From contig CAZDVD010000005.1 of assembly GCA_964508765.1 (NCBI GenBank), forward strand, positions 32,357 through 96,356: a stretch of DNA of 64,000 nucleotides, read 5' to 3'. The translations under genes were made by a program, and so were the position numbers. Below are positions 22,032-31,440 of the stretch, in pieces. Under the pieces are notes generated by a model. It was not told the DNA's origin. It was given only the letters and a program-made list of their open reading frames with translations, and searched no databases. Position 1 is the first letter of the stretch. Every line of letters starts with the position of its first letter. This DNA is from an uncultured Lentisphaeria bacterium. Its GTDB lineage: Bacteria > Fidelibacterota > UBA8477 > JABMPR01.

Positions 22032-23696
22032 ATGTGTGGAATTGTATGTGTCTTTGATCTGCAGGAGGACGCCAAAAAACTGCGCCCCAAAGTTTTGAAA
22101 ATGTCGAAAAAACTGCGACATCGTGGCCCGGACTGGTCTGGTATTTATTGCGGTGATCATGCTGTCATGAGCCATGAGCGGTTAGCCATTGTTGATCCGA
22201 TTTCAGGTGGACAACCCCTCTACAACGAAGAGAAAACAATGGTTCTGGCAGTGAATGGTGAAATATATAATCATGAGGATTTGAGAGAACAGTGTCAGGA
22301 TTATCAATTTCAAACCCATTCTGATTGTGAAGTCATATTAGCCCTTTACGAGAAAAAGGGTGCTGATTTTTTGGATGAGCTCAACGGCATCTTTGCCTTT
22401 GCCCTATATGACACGGTGAACAACACTTTTTTAGTTGCCCGCGACCATATGGGTATCATCCCCCTTTATATGGGCTGGGATGAATCAGGTCGTTTTTATG
22501 TCGCTTCTGAACTGAAATCTCTGGAAGGGGTTTGTAACAAAATCGAAGTATTTCCTCCTGGGCATTATTTCTCAAGTGAAGATGGCGAATTGAAGAAATG
22601 GTATCAGCGGGATTGGTCAGACTACAAGACCGTTCAGGAAGCAAAAAGTAGTATTACAAAGATCAGAGATGCTTTGGAGGCCGCTGTTCATAGACAGCTC
22701 ATGTCTGATGTGCCCTATGGCGTGCTGCTCTCAGGGGGTCTTGATTCGTCCATCATATCTGCCGTAGCCAAAAAATATGCTGCTTTTAGAGTTGAAGAAC
22801 ATGACAAAGAAAAAGCCTGGTGGCCCCGATTACACTCCTTTGCAGTAGGCCTGGAAGGGTCTCCTGATCTGGCTGCAGCCCGCAAAGTCGCTGAGCATAT
22901 TAATACAGTTCACCACGAGATATTTTTCACCATACAGGAAGGCCTGGATGCCCTCCATGATGTTATCTATCATCTGGAAACCTATGATGTCACCACGGTG
23001 CGAGCCTCAACTCCCATGTATCTATTGGCCCGGGCTATCAAGGCCATGGGTATCAAGATGGTACTTTCTGGAGAAGGAGCTGATGAAATATTTGGGGGTT
23101 ATCTCTATTTTCATAAAGCTCCTACAGCAGAAGCCTTCCACGAGGAAACCGTTCGCAAGCTAAACAAGTTGCATCTCTACGACTGTCTCAGGGCAAATAA
23201 ATCCTTGGCCGCCTGGGGGATTGAAGGTCGGGTTCCATTCCTGGATAAGGAGTTCATGGATGTTGCCATGCGTTTAAACCCACAGGACAAAATGATCAAT
23301 GGGGAGCGTATGGAGAAATGGATATTGAGGAAGGCTTTTGAAGACTATTTGCCTGAAAGCGTAGCTTGGAGACAAAAAGAGCAATTCTCAGACGGTGTTG
23401 GATATAGCTGGATTGACAGCTTGAAGGAGTTGGTTGATCAGGAAGTAAGTGATCAGCAAATGGTCAAAGCCAAATTCAAATTTCCCATCAATACACCCCA
23501 GAGCAAGGAAGAGTATTACTACCGCAGCATTTTTGCTGAACATTTTCCATCTGATTCGGCTGCGAAGTGTGTACCATCAGTTCCTTCAGTGGCCTGTAGT
23601 ACACCAGAAGCCCTGGCCTGGGATGCCTCATTTCAGAACCTGAATGATCCTTCTGGTAGGGCGGTTAAGACGGTTCACGAAGAGGCTTACGAATAG
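22032..23696 (+). CDS. asnB: asparagine synthetase B (glutamine-hydrolysing)
   Basis: MCGI Ntn start, RHRGPDWSG, VNGEIYNH, LLSGGLDSS, WRQKEQFSDGVG. Confidence 0.98.
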   Translation: MCGIVCVFDLQEDAKKLRPKVLKMSKKLRHRGPDWSGIYCGDHAVMSHERLAIVDPISGGQPLYNEEKTMVLAVNGEIYNHEDLREQCQDYQFQTHSDCEVILALYEKKGADFLDELNGIFAFALYDTVNNTFLVARDHMGIIPLYMGWDESGRFYVASELKSLEGVCNKIEVFPPGHYFSSEDGELKKWYQRDWSDYKTVQEAKSSITKIRDALEAAVHRQLMSDVPYGVLLSGGLDSSIISAVAKKYAAFRVEEHDKEKAWWPRLHSFAVGLEGSPDLAAARKVAEHINTVHHEIFFTIQEGLDALHDVIYHLETYDVTTVRASTPMYLLARAIKAMGIKMVLSGEGADEIFGGYLYFHKAPTAEAFHEETVRKLNKLHLYDCLRANKSLAAWGIEGRVPFLDKEFMDVAMRLNPQDKMINGERMEKWILRKAFEDYLPESVAWRQKEQFSDGVGYSWIDSLKELVDQEVSDQQMVKAKFKFPINTPQSKEEYYYRSIFAEHFPSDSAAKCVPSVPSVACSTPEALAWDASFQNLNDPSGRAVKTVHEEAYE

Positions 23697-23870
23697 AGTT
23701 AAATGAGTTAATGAGTTAATGTGATTCTCGTATCTAGCCGAGAGTCGTCCGCGTTATCCTGAGCGGAGTCGAAGGATATATATTTAGAGTTATTTAGGTG
23801 TGAGTTTATCGAGCTTAATAGGTTCGAGGTGAGGTGTCACCATAAGGGTGAATGAAGTGAGTGCCTCGAA
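23696..23870. repeat. intergenic repeat patch: GAGTTAA(A)T x3, REP-like GTTATCCTGAGCGGAGTCGAAGGA, and TTCGAGG...CCTCGAA inverted pair
   Basis: Tandem at 23696-23720; uninterrupted form of the thr-locus REP at about 23753-23776; inverted arms at 23823-23870. Confidence 0.55.
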
Positions 23871-23995
23871 TTGTGATTTGGGCTGATCGGGTTCGTAGGT
23901 TGTCTGGATACTTCATCTTGAGCAGCGTCGCAGGAGTGGTCAAAATCAATCAATTTTAGATTTTCAAATATACTTGTTCTGGCTTACCTAGCAGG

Positions 23996-25786
23996 ATGTG
24001 GTGGGATGAAGACTTTAGCCTGGATGATGATAATGCCAAAACCTACTCCTTCAGGGAGATGGTCAGGGGTGTTTATCCGTTTCTAAAACCCTATAACCGG
24101 ACCTTTGTTTTTGCGCTGATCTGGGCTTTTGTTGGTGTTATCCTGGTCCTGTTTCAACCGATTATCCTCAAACATATCATTGATTCGGATATCCCAAGTA
24201 AGAATTTTACTGCACTCGCCTGGTCAGCAGGATTGTATTTCCTCACCATGATCTTTTCAGCCATTGTTGGATTCTATAGTAACTGGATGGCACAAAAGGC
24301 TGGTATCTTTGCAGTAAATGATCTCAAGGTTTCCCTTTTCTCCCACGCCCTGAAACTGGGTTTGCCCTTCGCAGAATCCACTTCCACAGGACAATTGGTC
24401 AGCCGAATCGAATCGGATCCACAGCGCATTATTGCAGTGACCTCAACCATGGCACAGCGTTTACTCATGTCCTTTGGAATGATCATTGGTGCCTTTGTGA
24501 TTCTTGCTTCAGTTGATATGCGTTTCATGCTTATCACGGGTGCAATTTTCCCTCTGGTAATTTTTATCGCGTGGTTTTCATTTCGATATTTCAGACCCTT
24601 CTTTCGTAAGGATCGGGCAAATTTCTCCAAAATGTTGGGCATCCTCAGCGAGTTTGTCAGATCTGCGAGTATCCTGCAGGTATTTGATAGAACAGATTGG
24701 GCAATCGGCCGAGTCCGTAAATCTACCGAAGACTTCAATCGATTTAGCATTAAGATGAATTTTATCAATTATGGTATTTTCCAGGGGCTTGGGTTCATGG
24801 AAGTGGGTGCCACTGTGATTGTGCTTATGCTAGGCGTCAAGTGGGTGAATGACGGTAGCCTGACTATCGGTGCTCTCGTTCTGTTTGCCCAATACATTGC
24901 CCAGATTTACTGGCCCATTTTTATGTTCACGGAGCAAATATCTCAGCTCCAATCAGCAGGTGGGGCCGCAGATCGCATATTTTCCACCCTGGAAGACAAA
25001 CCATATATCGAGACTCAACCTGATCCTGTTGAATTGCCTCGGTATGTTAGGAGTATTCGTTTTGAGAATGTCAGTTTCGGCTACTCCGATGATGACATGA
25101 TCATCAAGAGTATGAGCTTTGAAATAATGGGTGGTGACCAGGTCGCCTTTGTTGGGCCAACTGGTGGTGGGAAATCCACGATCATCAATTTGATCTGCCG
25201 CTTCAGGGATCCTCAATCAGGCCGCATTATGCTCAATGGGATTGATATTCGTGAATTCGATGTGGCAGCTTATCGTCGCCGATTTGGTCTGGTACTCCAG
25301 GACCTTTTCCTTTTTCCTGCCCCCATTGAAGAAAATTTAAGAGCTTTTCGCGAAGAAGTTTCCCAGGCTGATCTCGAGGAAGCTGCAAATCTCACGGATA
25401 TTCATGCCAGTATTCTCTCCCGATCTGATGGCTACCAAACCGTCCTTAAAGAAAGTGGCGAGGGATTCTCCTACGGACAAAGACAGCTGATTGCCTTTGC
25501 TCGAGCCCTGGCTGTCAAGCCTCAGGTGCTGGTGCTGGATGAGGCAACATCCTCTGTTGATCCAGGGACAGAGCTGCGCATTCAAGCCACCATGAAAAAA
25601 CTCACCGAAGGTCGAACCTCTTGTATTGTAGCACATCGGCTGAGTACAATTCGCAGAGCTACGTCAATCATTTTTGTAAGAGATGGAGAGATTGTTGAGT
25701 CTGGGAATCATGATGAATTGATGTTATTGCGGGGCGCATATTTCGACCTGTTATCTCATGTGGACCCTGAGAAGGAAATGCTATAA
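23996..25786 (+). CDS. ABC exporter subunit (TMD+NBD)
   Basis: Six-TM region, Walker A GPTGGGKS, non-canonical signature FSYGQ, Walker B VLDE, AHRLST. Confidence 0.93.
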   Translation: MWWDEDFSLDDDNAKTYSFREMVRGVYPFLKPYNRTFVFALIWAFVGVILVLFQPIILKHIIDSDIPSKNFTALAWSAGLYFLTMIFSAIVGFYSNWMAQKAGIFAVNDLKVSLFSHALKLGLPFAESTSTGQLVSRIESDPQRIIAVTSTMAQRLLMSFGMIIGAFVILASVDMRFMLITGAIFPLVIFIAWFSFRYFRPFFRKDRANFSKMLGILSEFVRSASILQVFDRTDWAIGRVRKSTEDFNRFSIKMNFINYGIFQGLGFMEVGATVIVLMLGVKWVNDGSLTIGALVLFAQYIAQIYWPIFMFTEQISQLQSAGGAADRIFSTLEDKPYIETQPDPVELPRYVRSIRFENVSFGYSDDDMIIKSMSFEIMGGDQVAFVGPTGGGKSTIINLICRFRDPQSGRIMLNGIDIREFDVAAYRRRFGLVLQDLFLFPAPIEENLRAFREEVSQADLEEAANLTDIHASILSRSDGYQTVLKESGEGFSYGQRQLIAFARALAVKPQVLVLDEATSSVDPGTELRIQATMKKLTEGRTSCIVAHRLSTIRRATSIIFVRDGEIVESGNHDELMLLRGAYFDLLSHVDPEKEML

Positions 25787-27501
25787 TGGCTCTCCTTGGT
25801 GCCACAAAACACGTCCTGGGGTGGTTCGCCCCCTATTGGAGGCAACGCTGGAAGGGTATTGGTTGGGTCATGCTCATTACCGTGGTGAGTATTGCTCTTA
25901 GTACCACTTATCCCATTATATTCAAATATGTCATCGACTCTTTATCAGCAGGAAGAGAGACAACAGATGTGCAGTTCTATGTCTGGATCATCTTGTTGGT
26001 AGGACTTGCGCGCACTATTACACGCTGGATTTTACCTTCCTCCCGCTACATCATGAATTTGCTCCTCGGTTTGGATATCAAGCTCTTCCATTTCGAAAAT
26101 CTGCTACGGAAAGATCCGGCATTTTTCAATAACTTTCGATCAGGGGACCTTATCACCCGTTTCTCTGATGATATTGATGGGGATGTAAAATTAGCCTGGT
26201 TTGGTAACTCCGGCATCATGCGACCCATTGAAGCTGGTTTTACCCTCTTGTTTTCCATTGGGGTCATGATGACCCTCCATTGGAAATTAACGCTTCTGGC
26301 TGTCTCACCATTGCCCCTGATTGTCTGGGCCATGAGCAAGACAGAACATTCTCAGCACAAAGCTTACAAGCGACGCCAGGAAACCATCTCTCAGACCAAC
26401 AACATTTTGGAGAGTGCCTTTTCAGGCATAAGGATTGTGATTGGCTTTGTTATGGAGCAGGCTCAGGAAAACCTTTTCAAAAAGAATATGGAAGAACGCA
26501 AGGATGCTGAAGAGCGCGTTGTTTATATCCGCTCCTTCCTGGAAAGCCTTGGAAGTGTCATTAATCAGGTTGGCCTGGTGGTCATTCTCTTCCTTGGCGG
26601 CTACTATGTCATTCACAGTGAAATCAGCCTGGGCGATTTTTATGCATTCATAGCCTATATGACAGGTATCACTGAACCCATTTGGACCATATCCTGGTTT
26701 TTTGTTTCTCTAAAAATGGCTGAATCTTCCGTAGATCGTTTGGAAGAGATTGAAAAATTTGAGAACAAACCTCGACATGACACGGTGGTGGAACCGCCGA
26801 TCCAGATTCTGGATGTGAGGAATTTACATTATCGGTTCCCCGGGGAGACCGAAGACGTTATCAAGTCACTTAATTTTCAGGCCAGACCAGGTGAAAAGAT
26901 CGGTATTGTGGGTGAGGTGGGTTCAGGTAAAACTGTTTTGCTAAAATTGATCTCAGGTTGGTTTGTCCCCCACAGTGGATCTGTGGCATTGAATGATACT
27001 TGTCTCAGCGAGCTTAGTGATGCTTCCAGGGCTCAGAGTATTGGTTATGTGCCCCAGGATATTGAATTGTTCAGTGGCACCGTGACCGACAATATCAGTA
27101 TGGGGCGGGAGGCTATCAAAAGTATTGAATCCATCACTAAAACCGCAGTCATTGGTCATGAATTGGATATGGATAAGATGTTAGAGCAAGGTGGCATAGG
27201 ACTCAGTGGGGGACAGCGAGCACGAGTCGCTCTGGCACGGGCATTCTATGGGAACACGCCCATTTACATTTTTGATGATGTGACTTCAGCTCTGGATCTT
27301 CATACAGAGAAAGTTTTGTGGCGGAACATCAACGCCAGTTATTCGGAAGCACTTTTTCTGGTAGCCACACATCGTGAAGCAACGGCTGCTGAAATGGATC
27401 GAGTCATCTGGATTAAAAATGGTCAGATTCATTATGAGGGTCAGCACTCAGATTTGTTAAGACTTCATCCCGAGTACCGTTCCCTGTTTGCCCATGATTA
27501 G
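25786..27501 (+). CDS. ABC exporter partner subunit (TMD+NBD, degenerate Walker B)
   Basis: GEVGSGKT, LSGGQ, IFDD (Asp for the catalytic Glu); translationally coupled to the previous gene. Confidence 0.92.
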   Translation: MALLGATKHVLGWFAPYWRQRWKGIGWVMLITVVSIALSTTYPIIFKYVIDSLSAGRETTDVQFYVWIILLVGLARTITRWILPSSRYIMNLLLGLDIKLFHFENLLRKDPAFFNNFRSGDLITRFSDDIDGDVKLAWFGNSGIMRPIEAGFTLLFSIGVMMTLHWKLTLLAVSPLPLIVWAMSKTEHSQHKAYKRRQETISQTNNILESAFSGIRIVIGFVMEQAQENLFKKNMEERKDAEERVVYIRSFLESLGSVINQVGLVVILFLGGYYVIHSEISLGDFYAFIAYMTGITEPIWTISWFFVSLKMAESSVDRLEEIEKFENKPRHDTVVEPPIQILDVRNLHYRFPGETEDVIKSLNFQARPGEKIGIVGEVGSGKTVLLKLISGWFVPHSGSVALNDTCLSELSDASRAQSIGYVPQDIELFSGTVTDNISMGREAIKSIESITKTAVIGHELDMDKMLEQGGIGLSGGQRARVALARAFYGNTPIYIFDDVTSALDLHTEKVLWRNINASYSEALFLVATHREATAAEMDRVIWIKNGQIHYEGQHSDLLRLHPEYRSLFAHD

Positions 27502-27523
27502 GAATATCCCTGATAGATATTAC

Positions 27524-27561
27524 CCGTCTTCGTCCTGACTGAAGTCTGGACTACGCCGCGG
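27524..27561 (-). repeat. GTAG-type REP-like hairpin
   Basis: Minus strand GCGTAG-TCCAGACT-TC-AGTCAGGA-CGAAGAC shares the GCGTAG...CGAAGAC frame with the insert in the 61-bp repeat. Confidence 0.5.
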
Positions 27562-27578
27562 TTCACCTTACGGTGAAT

Positions 27579-27610
27579 AAAAAAAGCCACCCCTATTGAC
27601 GGATGTGGCC
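27579..27610 (-). terminator. intrinsic terminator of glutamine synthetase
   Basis: Minus strand GGCCACATCC-loop-GGGGTGGC-TTTTTTT. Confidence 0.7.
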
Positions 27611-27639
27611 TTGTAAATCCTAATGAAGAGGAGAAGTCT

Positions 27640-28650
27640 TTAGGAACAGACCGTCTCCAGCAAAATGGCACAAACTTCATATGGATCCATATTGGCTGAA
27701 GGACGACGATCCTCCAGATAACCCTTGCCCTCTTTTACGGTTTGAAGAGGAATACGAACGGAAGCACCACGATCACTCACACCATAACGGAATTCATGAA
27801 TGGAACAGGTCTCATGGAGACCTGTGAGTCGTTCTTCATTGTGAGCACCATAAACAGCAATATGCTCTTCATGTTTCTCAGAAAGTTTTTTACAGGCTGT
27901 TTCAACCACATCATAACCACCCGTTTCACGCATGGTTTTGGTGCTAAAGTTGGTGTGAGCTCCGGCGCCGTTCCAGTCACCCTTAACCGGTTTTGGATGA
28001 ATACTGGCATTGACACCATATTCTTCAGCGATACGGTAGAGTAACCAACGAGCCATCCAGAGATGATCGCTGCTCTCCAGTGGACCCAGTGGTCCAATTT
28101 GAAACTCCCACTGACCCGGCATGACTTCAGCATTGACACCCGAAATACCAAGACCAGCGCGGAGACAGGCTTCCAGGTGGTCTTCCACGATATCGCGACC
28201 AAAAACTTCATCTGCACCGACGCCACAATAAAAGGGTCCTTGTGGGGCTGGGTAACCGCCATCAGGCCAGCCCAGAGGGGCGCGACCCTGAAAAAATGTG
28301 TACTCCTGTTCGATTCCAAACCAGGATTCTTCAGCTTCGAATTTCTTGGCAACCTCAACAAGATGATCCCTTTTGTTGGATTCGTGAGACTTGCCATCTG
28401 GATAACAAACGGCATTCATTACCAGAATATTGTCTCCACCCCGAATAGGGTCTGAATAAAAAGATACGGGATGCAAAGAACGATCACTATCGTGTCCCAC
28501 TGCCTGCATGGTACTGGAACCATCAAAGCCCCATTCGGGTATTTGATCCAGCGAGGATATGGGTCCATCAATAATTTTTGTTTTAGAACGCAGTTTGGAT
28601 GTGGGGGTGTGCCCATCAATCCAGATATATTCAGCTTTAATCTTTGCCAT
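27640..28650 (-). CDS. glnII: glutamine synthetase, type II (GlnII / eukaryote-like)
   Basis: 336 aa; AEYIWIDG, LRSKT, WFGIEQEY, PQGPFYCGVG, NAEVMPGQWEFQIGP, GDWNGAGAHTNFST, LTGLHET, YLEDRRPSANMDPY. Confidence 0.95.
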   Translation of the reverse strand: MAKIKAEYIWIDGHTPTSKLRSKTKIIDGPISSLDQIPEWGFDGSSTMQAVGHDSDRSLHPVSFYSDPIRGGDNILVMNAVCYPDGKSHESNKRDHLVEVAKKFEAEESWFGIEQEYTFFQGRAPLGWPDGGYPAPQGPFYCGVGADEVFGRDIVEDHLEACLRAGLGISGVNAEVMPGQWEFQIGPLGPLESSDHLWMARWLLYRIAEEYGVNASIHPKPVKGDWNGAGAHTNFSTKTMRETGGYDVVETACKKLSEKHEEHIAVYGAHNEERLTGLHETCSIHEFRYGVSDRGASVRIPLQTVKEGKGYLEDRRPSANMDPYEVCAILLETVCS

Positions 28651-28813
28651 TGATAAGACTCCTCAAACGCAGGGTTATATTTTTGTGCACTTAATTATCA
28701 TGACATACAATTAACAAGCATCACACATAGATGTCAATAAATAATTAAGTATATTTTGATATTTATTTAAAATATAAAGAAATCAAGCTGAAATAGTCTG
28801 AATAGTTAAGGTG

Positions 28814-29287
28814 CTATTTGTCCTCAGGTATCAATGCCTGCAGATCGATTGCAGTACTCTCTTTGTAAGTTGATAAGACCAGATTGGATTGGGTTCGCTT
28901 GACGCCAGGCCAATTTTGAACCTCATAAAGGAGATCCTCAAGGGCTTGAGAGTTGCGGGTTCTGACTTTCAGGATATGTGAGCCCGCGCCAATAATGGAG
29001 TGGCATTCTAAAATAGATTTTGATGTGGTGGCCTTCTCAATAAACTTGTCATAGTGGTCGGAGTGTTCACTGACAATAAAGACGAATGCAGTAAGATCCA
29101 GACCTGCTTTTTTGTGGTCAAGAACCGTGGAATAGCCTTTAATGTGCCCCTTCTCAGTGAGCTTTTTCATTCGCTCGCCAATGGCTGGGATGGAGAGCTG
29201 CACAACCTTGGCAATTTCACTGGCTGTGGCGCGTCCGTTTTCTTGAAGTAATTCCAATATCTGGATATCGCGATCGTCTATCATCAT
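28814..29287 (-). CDS. Lrp/AsnC family transcriptional regulator
   Basis: IDDRDIQILELLQENGR HTH, ERMKKL...GHIKGY, ECH..G RAM domain. Confidence 0.93.
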   Translation of the reverse strand: MMIDDRDIQILELLQENGRATASEIAKVVQLSIPAIGERMKKLTEKGHIKGYSTVLDHKKAGLDLTAFVFIVSEHSDHYDKFIEKATTSKSILECHSIIGAGSHILKVRTRNSQALEDLLYEVQNWPGVKRTQSNLVLSTYKESTAIDLQALIPEDK

Positions 29288-29682
29288 ATTCTCCTGAAAT
29301 ATTTTAAGTACGGGGCAATATATCCTAAGAATTTATCGGAATAAGGGAATAAAAGTAACAAACAGCTAAAAATTTCAGCAATTTGGAGACAATACGAGGC
29401 GTGTCCAATAATTTCATGCAGGATATTGCTTATCCTGCTTTGTCTCATCATCTTGGTGCTGAACATCTCCTAGTTCACTGCCTAGAAAATTCGCATAGTT
29501 ATTATTGAGCCAAATACACTAGCACTCAGGAGTTAAGATTATCCGCAGGGTCATGCTTTATCGCTAAGACACCTGCAGAAGTGTCATTGATATGACATTA
29601 GGTTTTCAGCCTCATTCTAAATTACTTCAACAAAAATAAGGGGGTCGGCCTGGATCGACCATATCACTGAATTGGAGATTGT

Positions 29683-30528
29683 ATGAATAATAAAAAAAGT
29701 GCAAGGCGATTGATCATTGTCTTGGTCTTAAGCATAAACCTTTTTGCCTCATTGGCGCTAGGGCAGTATACCGTTGGTCAGACCATTAGTCAGTCTACCA
29801 GGGACAAGGTTGTGAGTTTCTGTGCCAATGATAATGGGAGTAGCAGCCTGGGAAATTTATTGGTACCGGAGCAAGGTGAGGCGACCCGTGTTGTTTGGCT
29901 CAATTTTTTCGAATCGTGGTGAGGCAGCTGCCGTGCGGAGGTTCCGCACCTGGAAAATTTTCACCAGGCAAGAGCCGATGAAGGTCTTTTGATTGTAGCT
30001 CTGGGTAATGATTTTAACTCGCTGAACTGTCAGGCCTGGGCAAACCTGGGTGCTACTTACCCGATTGCTGATGATCGTGGTTCGGGTATCTGGAGTGATT
30101 TTGGCACTGGTGCTATTCCCCGGAACACCATTATTGATACAGATGGCGTGGTCCGATATAATTCCATTGGATATAATGAATCTGCAATCACAGCGGTCCT
30201 AGACGAATTGTTATCCGTTTCTGGAACAGTAGGAGAGGTAGAAACGCCAGAAAGCCACGACCTGATTTTAGTCTTCCCCAATCCATTTAATGGGGAAACA
30301 CAGATTCACTTCGATCTGCCTGATGAGGGATATGTGGCGCTATCGATCTTTGATGGAAAGGGTCGGATCGTGAGACAGTTACTGACTACAGACCTGCCTG
30401 CAGGTTCACATCAGGTCGTCTGGAATACCAGAGATGATGCCGGTGCAGAGCTGCCCAGTGGAGTATATATTGCATCTTTGACCCATGGCACCAGGCAGGA
30501 TTCGAGGAAAGTTCTTCTTCTGAAATAG
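29683..30528 (+). CDS. secreted TlpA/redoxin-family selenoprotein (UGA at 29920-29922 read as Sec) with C-terminal FlgD-Ig/T9SS-like sorting domain, 281 aa
   Basis: The two track ORFs are in one frame: VWLNFFESW-UGA-GSCRAEVPHLE matches the TlpA WCxxC motif; signal peptide; FPNPFN...SGVY...RKVLLLK tail. Confidence 0.85.
29933..29949 (+). promoter_or_regulatory. putative bacterial SECIS element
   Basis: Perfect 7-bp stem GTGCGGA/TCCGCAC with GGT loop, starting 10 nt after the UGA. Confidence 0.75.
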
Positions 30529-30560
30529 GTGTTAGCTATAATCCATTTTATTGTAAAATG

Positions 30561-30595
30561 AAAAGGAGCCCCTGATTTTTAGGGGCTCCTTTTTT
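30561..30595. terminator. bidirectional intrinsic terminator
   Basis: AAAAGGAGCCCCT-GATTTTT-AGGGGCTCCTTTTTT between convergent genes. Confidence 0.9.
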
Positions 30596-30617
30596 GAGAT
30601 AGGTGTACACAACGAGA

Positions 30618-31427
30618 TTATTTTATAGCAAACGGCTCGAGGTTTTCGCTTTCGATATCTCTAAAATACCTATAAGTCCCATGCTTTAATTCGTAGGTTG
30701 CATCCTCATCACATACCACCATGGATTTTGGATGCAACTGTAAGGCAGAGGAGGTCCACATATGATTGACACCCTCTTCAATCATTTTGTAAAGCGCTCT
30801 GGATTTTGAGTGTCCGTTAACGAGGAGAACCACTTCTTTAGAATCTGTTACCGTTCCCACACCCACTGTTAGGGCAAGCTTTGGAACAGACTCAATGTCA
30901 TTCCCAAAAAAACGGGAGTTGGCAATGCGGGTATCATAGGTAAGTGTCTTGACGCGGGTTCGGGAGTGCAGAGAAGAACCGGGTTCATTGAAGGCGATGT
31001 GTCCATCTGGTCCGATACCACCTAGAAAAAGACGTATTCCACCCACTGCTTTAATCTTGGCTTCGAAGGCATTACATTCAGCTACCAGGTCCTTGGCGTT
31101 TCCGTCCAGGATATTGATGTTCTCCTCAGGAATGCCAATATGGTTAAAGAGATTCTGGCGCATGAATGAATGGTAACTTTCGGGGTGTCCCTCGCGAATA
31201 TTCACATATTCATCCATGTTAAAGGTGATGACATTTTCAAAGGACACGTGTCCCTCATTAACCAGCCCGACAATTTCTTTGTAGGTACCGACAGGAGAGG
31301 AGCCAGTTGGGAGTCCCAACACATATGGTTTATCTTTGGTGGGAGCAAAATCGTTAATGCTTTTAGCAATATAATGGGCTGTCCATTTACTCAGTCTATC
31401 GTAATCAGTTTGAATAATCAGTCTCAT
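30618..31427 (-). CDS. nagB: glucosamine-6-phosphate deaminase
   Basis: [43 protein letters not shown]. Confidence 0.97.
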   Translation of the reverse strand: MRLIIQTDYDRLSKWTAHYIAKSINDFAPTKDKPYVLGLPTGSSPVGTYKEIVGLVNEGHVSFENVITFNMDEYVNIREGHPESYHSFMRQNLFNHIGIPEENINILDGNAKDLVAECNAFEAKIKAVGGIRLFLGGIGPDGHIAFNEPGSSLHSRTRVKTLTYDTRIANSRFFGNDIESVPKLALTVGVGTVTDSKEVVLLVNGHSKSRALYKMIEEGVNHMWTSSALQLHPKSMVVCDEDATYELKHGTYRYFRDIESENLEPFAIK

Positions 31428-31440
31428 TCTTTTCTCCAGT

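Noticed and set aside
27777-28415. 212-aa same-strand alternative-frame ORF in glutamine synthetase
   Set aside because: Fully nested in a highly conserved gene, with no recognisable motif.
29520-29545. TAGCACTC resembling a CIRCE element
   Set aside because: Only the left arm is present; no GAGTGCTAA after 9 nt and no chaperone gene nearby.
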